DNA of 64,000 bases from a virus, in IMG/VR virus record IMGVR_UViG_3300009506_003033, positions 1-64,000 of that record. The stretch is one strand, 5' to 3'. The translations under genes were made by a program, and so were the position numbers. The notes below the pieces were generated by a model. The model saw nothing but the letters and a program-made list of their open reading frames with translations. It was not told the origin of the DNA and ran no database searches. This document shows positions 27,554 through 35,046 of this stretch, piece by piece; the first letter of the stretch is position 1, and every line of letters begins with the position of its first letter.

Positions 27554-28263
27554 TCATGAAAACCGACATCGCAATCGGAAACCGCGGAATACAATTATCG
27601 AGCATTGTGGATTTGGGACGATTTGCTGAAATGGTAGCCCGCAGTCAATTGGCGCCGCTGGGTTTTCAACGGCCCGAACAGATTATGGTTGCCATACAAT
27701 ACGGTGCCGAACTCGGCCTGACGCCGATGCAGTCCCTTCAGGGCTTGTGTGTCATCAATGGTCGCGTGGGGATGTCCGGTGACATGGCGAGGGCACTTGT
27801 AGAATCACATCCGGCCTGCAAATACGTCAAAGACAATGCGGCCGAGTTGGCTACAATGCCGCTCGAAAACGATAGCACTGCTGCTTGGGTGGAAGTCTGC
27901 CGTGCTGACAAGCAGCAGAAACCAACTCGTCGATACTTCAGCGTCGGAGACGCTAAGCTCGCCGGCCTCTGGGGCAAACGTGGCCACAATGGCCAACCGA
28001 CGCCTTGGGTGACTTACCCGCGGCGCATGCTCTATTACCGCGCCCTCGGATTCGCACTACGGGATGGTATGCCCGACGTTCTTAAGGGAATCACCATCGC
28101 TGAGGAATTGGAGGATTATCCAAAACCTGGACTGCAATCTGGTGGCACACCTCCGTCGAGTACGCTGGACGAGCTGGCCGCAGAAATTGACGGAATACAT
28201 TCACTCGGGACCAACGGCGTGGTTGGTCCCAATTCATTGGAGCACGAAAATGACGATGAATAG
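27550..28263 (+). CDS. RecT-like single-strand annealing protein
   Basis: VAIQYGAELGLTPMQSLQGLCVINGR, AKLAGLWGK, PWVTYPRRML..RAL.FALRD..PDVLKG. Confidence 0.85.
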   Translation: MIMKTDIAIGNRGIQLSSIVDLGRFAEMVARSQLAPLGFQRPEQIMVAIQYGAELGLTPMQSLQGLCVINGRVGMSGDMARALVESHPACKYVKDNAAELATMPLENDSTAAWVEVCRADKQQKPTRRYFSVGDAKLAGLWGKRGHNGQPTPWVTYPRRMLYYRALGFALRDGMPDVLKGITIAEELEDYPKPGLQSGGTPPSSTLDELAAEIDGIHSLGTNGVVGPNSLEHENDDE

Positions 28264-29698
28264 CAAATTTGAATTGACGAACGTGGGACCGATTAAGGGG
28301 CAATTTTCAATCGATCTTTCTGCCGGGCCGGGATTGTACGAACTTCGCGGCGGGAAGGGCACCGGCAAGTCAACGATCCTCTCGGCATTGTCATTGATCA
28401 GCGGCCACAAAGTCTCGCTGACGGTCTATGACGGAGAATTGTCTGGCCAAATCAAAGGATTTGGAGTCGTTGCCCCAGTCGGGAGTCGGAAGCGAAAGAA
28501 AGGTGAGCTGGAACTAGAGACGATCGACACGACGCGATGTGATCTTGGGGACTTAATCGACCCTGACGGCAAGACCGCGGAAACACGCGACGCGGCACGA
28601 ATCAAAGCGCTTGCAGCACTATCCAATCTCCGCATGGTGCCGTCCGATTTCTATGAACTAGTAGGCGGTCAACAGTCCTTTGATGAGTTGGGTGTCCAAG
28701 ACTCAGATGATGCCGTGACAATGTGCGGACGAGTGAAGTCGGCAATAGAGGAACAAGCCCGCAGACATGAGTCACTTGCGGAACGAGAACAAGGTTACGC
28801 GAAAGCCAACTCTGAACGTTGCGATGGAATCGATGTAAACAGTGAATACGATCCGAACATACTGGCTATGGCAGCAGAGACGGCCGCACGGGATCTAGTG
28901 CGATTGAAAGACGGGAGAGAACGACGGTTGACTGCAGAGAAACAACGCGCATCTGCCACCGAGGCACTAGCCAAGGCTACAGCCGACTACACGGGTCCGT
29001 CGGTGGAAGAAGCCGCAGCCAACGTAGAAAAGGCTACGGAGAAACGCGACAAATTGCGGGATCAATTGGTAAAAGCCGTAGCCAATCTGAGGATTGCCGA
29101 GGAAAAAGCAACCGCTGCCGAGCAGCATCACAGAACGACAGTTGCATGGCGTGTTACCCTCGCCGAAGAATTGCCGCCTGAAGTAATAGAGCAGCAGATT
29201 GCGGAGGCACAGATTAAACTGGAAACAGCACGTGCCGATCAAGAAATGGGCGTGCGGATCCGAGACGCACTGCAAGCATCCGAACAAGCCGCGAAGCACA
29301 AAAGAGCTGCGGAACAGGCCATTACTATCGCGAAAAGGTACCGCGCGATCGCTGGCAATGTCTGGGACGTGCTGACGTCTAAGTTGGCGACACACGAACT
29401 GAAAATCGAATCGGTGGATGGATATCCCCGACTCGTGGTACAGCATCCCAAACGCGGTAAGACTGTGTACGATTGCGACAATGGACTTTCGGATGGCGAG
29501 CGAGTACGAGTGGCAATCGACGAAATGCTACCGCGGCTGAAATCTCCCGGACTGCTGCCGTTGCCTCAGAGAATCTGGCAAGATTTACCTCCGAAGGACA
29601 GATCAGAAATCGCCAGATACGCCATGGAAAAGGGACTCTACGTATTCGCGGCGCAGGTGACGGATGATGACCTTGGAGTCTATCGTTATGAATCGTGA
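28250..29698 (+). CDS. SMC/SbcC-like P-loop ATPase with coiled coil
   Basis: LTNVGPI, Walker A GGKGTGKST, long coiled coil, signature LSDGER. Confidence 0.7.
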   Translation: MTMNSKFELTNVGPIKGQFSIDLSAGPGLYELRGGKGTGKSTILSALSLISGHKVSLTVYDGELSGQIKGFGVVAPVGSRKRKKGELELETIDTTRCDLGDLIDPDGKTAETRDAARIKALAALSNLRMVPSDFYELVGGQQSFDELGVQDSDDAVTMCGRVKSAIEEQARRHESLAEREQGYAKANSERCDGIDVNSEYDPNILAMAAETAARDLVRLKDGRERRLTAEKQRASATEALAKATADYTGPSVEEAAANVEKATEKRDKLRDQLVKAVANLRIAEEKATAAEQHHRTTVAWRVTLAEELPPEVIEQQIAEAQIKLETARADQEMGVRIRDALQASEQAAKHKRAAEQAITIAKRYRAIAGNVWDVLTSKLATHELKIESVDGYPRLVVQHPKRGKTVYDCDNGLSDGERVRVAIDEMLPRLKSPGLLPLPQRIWQDLPPKDRSEIARYAMEKGLYVFAAQVTDDDLGVYRYES

Positions 29699-30554
29699 AC
29701 AATGGCTGACTGAACGTTTGGGTGGTATCGGAGCCAGCGAATCGGCCGCAATTCTCGGCTATGATCCATATCAATCTCCGTGGTCAATCTGGCAGAAGAA
29801 AGTTGATCAGGTCATCGAAGACGTTGACAGCGGTCCGATGGCCGAGTGGGGTCATCGTCACGAATCAGCGATTGCCCAGAAATTCTCCGAAGAGCATCCC
29901 GAATTCGAGATTCAGGATCCCGGAGATTATTACATCGAATGGGCAACCGGATTGTCTGTGCCGATGTTCTGCACGCCCGATCGTATTCTTTATCACGGCT
30001 CTGAGAAATCGGTGCTGGAATTGAAGTGTGCATGGTATGATCGGGCGAAAGAATTCGAGGATGATCTCCCGATTCATTATCGAATCCAGGTGACTCATCA
30101 GATGCTTTGTCTCGGGATTGAACATGCCTACTACGCGGTACTTCTGAATGGCTATGATTTCCGCTGGTATCGCGAAGAACTGAATGAGAAATTCGCCCAA
30201 GCATTGGTGAAGAAGCTGACAGAATTCTGGGAATTGGTCCAATCGAAGACGGCCCCGGCGACAGACTGGCGGAACGGAACGAAGCAAGCCATCGTCGCCC
30301 ATTATGGAGTCGCTGACGTCACCATCGAACTGCCAGAACGAATGGCAACAGTCGACTCAGAGCGAGAGCGACTCAAGTCGCAGAGAGCTGATATCGATCG
30401 AAAAATCAAAGCCTACGACAACGAAATCAGGGCAGCACTCGGTGAGGCGACAACCGGCGTGCTTCCAGACGGACAGACGGCGTTGACATGGGCACCGAGG
30501 AAAGACGGCGTTAGGATACTCGGACGCAAGACACTCCAAAGAGAGGCATGCTGA
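29688..30554 (+). CDS. YqaJ-like viral recombination exonuclease
   Basis: WLTERLGGIGASE, WGHRHE, CTPDR, LELK, YRIQVTHQM. Confidence 0.85.
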   Translation: MNREQWLTERLGGIGASESAAILGYDPYQSPWSIWQKKVDQVIEDVDSGPMAEWGHRHESAIAQKFSEEHPEFEIQDPGDYYIEWATGLSVPMFCTPDRILYHGSEKSVLELKCAWYDRAKEFEDDLPIHYRIQVTHQMLCLGIEHAYYAVLLNGYDFRWYREELNEKFAQALVKKLTEFWELVQSKTAPATDWRNGTKQAIVAHYGVADVTIELPERMATVDSERERLKSQRADIDRKIKAYDNEIRAALGEATTGVLPDGQTALTWAPRKDGVRILGRKTLQREAC

Positions 30555-31108
30555 TGCAAAAGCGTACCACTCGTTGCACGGCATGCGGAAGAATATTTGC
30601 CGTGGATGCACGTCGAAACAACGAGGGAATCCCCATCCGTGAGAGGCGAGAAGCCGTTCCGGGTACGTCCTATGCTGTCCTGTGGTGCCCTTGGTGCCAT
30701 GAGGCGAGTGGCTGGAATGGGAAGCATCAGACGATTGCAGCACTGAAACGATACGCATCGATGCTCGTGAACGCAACTGTGAAGAATGCGGCTGTTCGGC
30801 CTGATGGCAGAGTCGAATGCGTGACCTGCGGATTGCTGCTAGACCGAGACGACAACCGCGTAAACGCCGGCCACTGCGCCCCACAACTCCAGTCCACCAG
30901 TTATTACTACGACCAAAGGTGTATCAGGGTCCAGTGCGCAGCGTGCAACTGTGCCCGCGGTGGAATGCAATATGAATTCTCACAAGTGATCATTGCCGAG
31001 GAAGGTGAGGAATTCTGGAATGAGGTGCTGGACGCAAAAAACCGCAAAGATGTTCCATCCGTGACAGTTGGAGAACTTAGGGAAGTGATCAATCAGTACG
31101 ACAGGTGA
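30548..31108 (+). CDS. NinG/Rap-like recombination endonuclease
   Basis: CVTCG...NAGH...IRVQCAACN. Confidence 0.7.
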   Translation: MLMQKRTTRCTACGRIFAVDARRNNEGIPIRERREAVPGTSYAVLWCPWCHEASGWNGKHQTIAALKRYASMLVNATVKNAAVRPDGRVECVTCGLLLDRDDNRVNAGHCAPQLQSTSYYYDQRCIRVQCAACNCARGGMQYEFSQVIIAEEGEEFWNEVLDAKNRKDVPSVTVGELREVINQYDR

Positions 31109-31199
31109 ATCCGTGCTTCCCCATCGCTGTAAACACGTTGCGACGCATCGCACTTATGTCGTTGGTCGCGAGTATGTCTGCTTTTTCAAGGAATGTAAA

Positions 31200-31421
31200 A
31201 TGACGATGGTACAAGAGATTATTCGACGCCTGGAACATTACGGATATACATCACCAGGTGGGTTCAACCTCGCCGCAGACATCCTCGAATTGGCTGCGCA
31301 TGAATCCGATAACCGGACGAATCGCGCAGACGATGCGATGCGAATACCTGACATGATCGGCGACACAGCGCGGATGCTGCGAGAAATGGCGCAGGCACAT
31401 ATCGATCGAATTTTAGGATAG
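31200..31421 (+). CDS. hypothetical protein
   Basis: AAGGA RBS upstream of ATG. Confidence 0.4.
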   Translation: MTMVQEIIRRLEHYGYTSPGGFNLAADILELAAHESDNRTNRADDAMRIPDMIGDTARMLREMAQAHIDRILG

Positions 31422-31458
31422 GGCCAGTCCGGTTGCCGCTGGGCCCGTTTTGTTGTTG
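31417..31458 (+). terminator. terminator-like hairpin, copy 1
   Basis: GATAGGGCC...GGGCCCGTTTTGTTGTTG. Confidence 0.55.
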
Positions 31459-31488
31459 CCCGGTTGTTGCCCGGATGGGAGCTGAACG

Positions 31489-31800
31489 ATGGAAACGATC
31501 GAAACCTACACGTTTGAATCTAGAATGGCAGACGAACGTAGCAGGCAAATTCGGAAGTGGGGCGAGCAAACGCACTCCGGACATGCATGGATAGCGATAC
31601 TTGTCGAGGAAGTCGGCGAATTTGCGAAAGCTGTCAACGAGGAAAAACTATCTGGTGCTTTGGATGAACTAGTCCAGATAGCTGCGGTGGCCAAGGCCGC
31701 GTGGGAAATGGCAACAGAGAAGCGAGGAATTCTTGAGCCAATCTGGGGCGAATGCTTGCAGACGCCAGCTGATGCAGACTTGACAACGACGCCGGATTGA
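31489..31800 (+). CDS. MazG-like nucleotide pyrophosphohydrolase
   Basis: RQIRKWGEQ, ILVEEVGEFAKA, DELVQIAAVA. Confidence 0.75.
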   Translation: METIETYTFESRMADERSRQIRKWGEQTHSGHAWIAILVEEVGEFAKAVNEEKLSGALDELVQIAAVAKAAWEMATEKRGILEPIWGECLQTPADADLTTTPD

Positions 31801-31849
31801 GCAAAAATCATGGCTTCGTCAACACAGACCAAAACGCCAGATGCGTTTA

Positions 31850-31899
31850 GATAGGGCCGCTGTCCGGGTTCGCCCGGCACGCGGCCCGCTTTGTTGTTG
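31850..31899 (+). terminator. terminator-like hairpin, copy 2
   Basis: GATAGGGCC...GCGGCCCGCTTTGTTGTTG. Confidence 0.55.
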
Positions 31900-31971
31900 T
31901 TCGGAGGGAGGTGATAATCTTGAACCCCACCGCTATACCAGGTGGCTTGTGATCGCGGGGCAGTGCCCCGC

Positions 31972-32000
31972 TTTACAGACTGATCGACTGTGTGTATAAT
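31972..32000 (+). promoter_or_regulatory. sigma70-type promoter
   Basis: TTTACA-17-TATAAT. Confidence 0.6.
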
Positions 32001-32273
32001 TCAGGTGCCAAAAGTCACATGGAAGACAAAGCAATGTCACAAGACCCTCAAACCCGCAGCGGCCAGATGGATGAACCATCGGGTCGCATTGCTTCGGCCC
32101 TGGCAGGCCGCCGCGGGTCTGGGGGTCTTTCTTTGTCTTCTCTAGACGAGGCCCCGCAAGTGATGATCGATGTCGCCGATCTGGTGGACTGCTTGCCGCT
32201 AGAGCATGCTACTGAAATGTCCATCTGGTTGCGAAATGCGGCCGAATATGTCGCTGGATTGTCACGAAGGTGA

Positions 32274-32600
32274 AGCACAGCCCGGCCCAGATCCCAGCCG
32301 GTTAAGGCCACGACTCAGCGAGCCAAAATGGGACGGCAGCCCCGCAGGTAACTTCGGGTGCGATAAAATCCAGGCCATAGCCACGCAAATACTCGGCCAC
32401 CATCGAGGGCTTGCGGTAGCGTTGGCCGTTAGCTGGAAGGCTATTAAGGTTTCTACCATGACTTCCTAAAAGATCATGCCCGAGGCGATCTATGATTTCT
32501 GGCGGGACAGTTATAGCCTTCCAGTCAACGGCCACGTCGGATTCGTGGAAGGACCCTTTGTTGGGCGGTTGGATACCACGTTAAAAACACGGAGCGGGCT
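32274..32600 (+). ncRNA. candidate structured non-coding RNA or origin element
   Basis: 22-nt long-range stem 32423-32444/32513-32534 plus nested hairpins; no convincing ORF. Confidence 0.35.
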
Positions 32601-32651
32601 AGGGGATTTTGCGCAAAGATTTACCGAATCTGATTTCTGAGGACGTTATCC

Positions 32652-33035
32652 GTGTCACGCCATAGACGTCAAACAAAGAACCAACATCGCAACAGTGATA
32701 ACGAATCGTATCGCAAAGCACTCGGTCATACACAACGTTCTGGTATTTCTCGCAACGAAAACTTCCACGTCGCCACAACGCATGTCGCAATTTTTCCGAC
32801 TCTTGTGAGACGTAATCGGCAGACACAGGAAACCGTTTCGGAATCTGACAACGGTTTGATTTCTTTGAAAGAAAACCAGAAACCGAACCGCAACTTCGAG
32901 ATTCGGGATCTGGCCAACAAAACGGTTGAATACTGTATTCAACGGCTGAAGACCATGGATATGGACGCCATGTCAGTACGCCGATTTTTCCAGTACTTGG
33001 CCGAGGTTTGTGACGACGTAACCAACGACAGGTGA
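32652..33035 (+). CDS. hypothetical protein
   Basis: GAGG RBS; ends in the boundary repeat (DDVTNDR). Confidence 0.45.
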   Translation: MSRHRRQTKNQHRNSDNESYRKALGHTQRSGISRNENFHVATTHVAIFPTLVRRNRQTQETVSESDNGLISLKENQKPNRNFEIRDLANKTVEYCIQRLKTMDMDAMSVRRFFQYLAEVCDDVTNDR

Positions 33036-33039
33036 GACA

Positions 33040-33240
33040 GTGACTACAGAATCCGCTAAATCTGAAACTCAGCAGGCTGAGCATGTTCTCGATGGTGCTG
33101 ACATGAATCAGGATCTCCACCAGCTGATTGGCTACGTGTGGTCTTGTGGTGCGGAATCGCCGGACTTTCCAGTATCACAACTGTTGGAGCTTGCACGATG
33201 TTTTCTTTGCAAAATACCGACCATTAACCGAGGTTTGTGA
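33040..33240 (+). CDS. hypothetical protein
   Basis: between boundary repeats, AGGTGA RBS. Confidence 0.45.
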   Translation: MTTESAKSETQQAEHVLDGADMNQDLHQLIGYVWSCGAESPDFPVSQLLELARCFLCKIPTINRGL

Positions 33241-33266
33241 CGACGTAACCAACGACGGATGCCCCG

Positions 33267-33452
33267 ATGGACGAATGTGAACTCTGCGGAGATACAGATT
33301 TTGATCATCATAAGTGTGTTCAATGTGGCAGGGTTATTTGTACTGAATGTTGTGAATGGTGTCATGATGAAGATGACGAACCGAGTGGTGAATGGTTTTG
33401 TACTGAATGTATTGAAGCAGCAATTGTTGACGACTTAACCAACGACAGGTGA
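33267..33452 (+). CDS. Cys-rich zinc-finger protein
   Basis: CELCG, CVQCGRVICTECC, WFCTEC. Confidence 0.6.
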   Translation: MDECELCGDTDFDHHKCVQCGRVICTECCEWCHDEDDEPSGEWFCTECIEAAIVDDLTNDR

Positions 33453-33456
33453 GACG

Positions 33457-33744
33457 ATGATTCAACCACTGACACTGGAAGAGGAGATTAACTTGCTTCC
33501 ACCGCTGACACCGGAGGAACAAGCGGTATGTGACTCGATTGACTTCAATGCGATCATTGCCAAAATGCACGCAATGATGCCACCGGAAGAACGTCCGAAA
33601 TGGCAAGTAATAGATGATCGTGGTGGCTCAATTAAACTGTTCTTCAAGGAAAGTGATGCGTACGACGATGCCACAGAACGCAACTACCGCGCAGGCAACT
33701 ATGGAGTCTATGCTAGATACCATGTAATCCGATACGTAACATAA
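33457..33744 (+). CDS. hypothetical protein
   Basis: AGGTGA RBS from the boundary repeat. Confidence 0.5.
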   Translation: MIQPLTLEEEINLLPPLTPEEQAVCDSIDFNAIIAKMHAMMPPEERPKWQVIDDRGGSIKLFFKESDAYDDATERNYRAGNYGVYARYHVIRYVT

Positions 33745-33759
33745 TCGACGATAGGTGAG

Positions 33760-33960
33760 ATGATGGAATCGTATACACATGGTACTTGGGAATCAGCCAT
33801 ACAATTTGTAATGGAACACATTGACGATTTTCGGAACGGCCGGACAGATGTATATGTTGCTGGACGAAAGAGACGGCTGAGACTTACTTCAAGTCAATTG
33901 GCTGAACTTATCTGCCTGGCGGAATGGAGACTGGAACAATGCCAAAAGTCAGTGACATGA
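33760..33960 (+). CDS. hypothetical protein
   Basis: AGGTGA RBS. Confidence 0.45.
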   Translation: MMESYTHGTWESAIQFVMEHIDDFRNGRTDVYVAGRKRRLRLTSSQLAELICLAEWRLEQCQKSVT

Positions 33961-34232
33961 CCAGCGAAGAATTGGCGCGGCTGATTGATGAGCGATTTAA
34001 GATTGCCGTAGATGATTTGGTGAAGCACGGAGAATCTGTGGGCCGAGCGTTTTTATTGCAGCAAGTGAATCAGTTGCGAGAAGAGATTCGCACTACGAAC
34101 GAGCGGCTGGACAAAGCGGCCAAGGTATTCGATCACCTGAAAAACGCAGTCAGCGAGCACGATCAGTGGTTGCATTCGATGAGACATCAGGCGGCGCCGG
34201 CCGAGATATCCAAAGATTTGGGCTCGGGATGA
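33924..34232 (+). CDS. coiled-coil hypothetical protein
   Basis: KVSDMTSEELARLI..., followed by a terminator-like stem and T-run (34192-34251). Confidence 0.5.
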   Translation: METGTMPKVSDMTSEELARLIDERFKIAVDDLVKHGESVGRAFLLQQVNQLREEIRTTNERLDKAAKVFDHLKNAVSEHDQWLHSMRHQAAPAEISKDLGSG

Positions 34233-34841
34233 ACACCGGCGCCGTTTTTTTCAAAGAGAGCGTGTCATGAAAGAACAGTCAGATCGACGAATCCAACGAC
34301 ATCCAATCGCGCCGAAGCGAGACAGGCAGGCAATTGCCACAAAGGCCATTCGACGCCGGGCGATCGAAGAAGGTTGGAACGTGCGGCCAGTCGACTTGGG
34401 CACCGAAGGTGTGATATTGGCTGCATGGGGGACGATCGAACGAGGACTCAAGAAATGACGAACGAGTGCAGTAACCCGATTGATGATCGTAGGGATGATT
34501 GGTGGACTTGGACGGGTGAATCGACTTGCGGATGTGAATGCAAATGGGTGCCACTGATAGGAATAGATTTTCCACCGATCGTGAGCCAGGTTCCACCGAA
34601 AGAAATCTGCGTGAAGCCGGGAGAGACAAGTCTGTGGCAGATTACAAAGACGAGACGTCGCAGAAGAAGCCGCTGATACCAATTCAAAATCTGGCAGCAA
34701 TGATACTGTTATCATGTTGTATGTGGGGTTTTGTTGGTTTGATCATAGCATCGATATTATTGATGCTGTAGAAGACACCTTGTAGGTGTATCCGTGGTCA
34801 AGCGGTTTTAGGGAGGCTGCTTGGCCAGGGTAGACGAAGCC

Positions 34842-34875
34842 GTGGCGGCGGAGTGGTGTCCGCCGCCACATTTTT
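34842..34875 (+). terminator. intrinsic terminator
   Basis: GTGGCGGCGGA/TCCGCCGCCAC stem plus ATTTTT. Confidence 0.75.
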
Positions 34876-34886
34876 CGTTTTGAATA

Positions 34887-35034
34887 TTGACACACCCGAT
34901 CCGGTGATTATGATGGGTGGTAGCGGAGCCCAACCCGCAGATGAAACCTACGAAGTGACTAACGCCTTTCATTGCGACGGTGGGCTCCGTAGGTGCCCGT
35001 TGGGAACCGTCGCAGTGAGAGGCGTTGTTTTGTT
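34887..35034 (+). promoter_or_regulatory. promoter plus attenuator-like leader of the helicase operon
   Basis: TTGACA-16-TATGAT; 20-bp stem AACGCCTTTCATTGCGACGG/CCGTCGCAGTGAGAGGCGTT plus GTTTTGTT; loop pairs with upstream CGGAGCCCA and ACCTACG. Confidence 0.7.
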
Positions 35035-35046
35035 AATCACACCCCA

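Larger units (their letters stand above)
33001..33455 (+). repeat. gene-boundary direct repeats
   Basis: CCGAGGTTTGTGACGACGTAACCAACGAC identical at 33001 and 33228; TGACGACTTAACCAACGACAGGTGAGAC at 33428. Confidence 0.9.

Noticed and set aside
34790-34830. Possible tRNA near 34790 and 31920
   Set aside because: Simple hairpins only; no cloverleaf, T-loop GTTCRA or acceptor stem.
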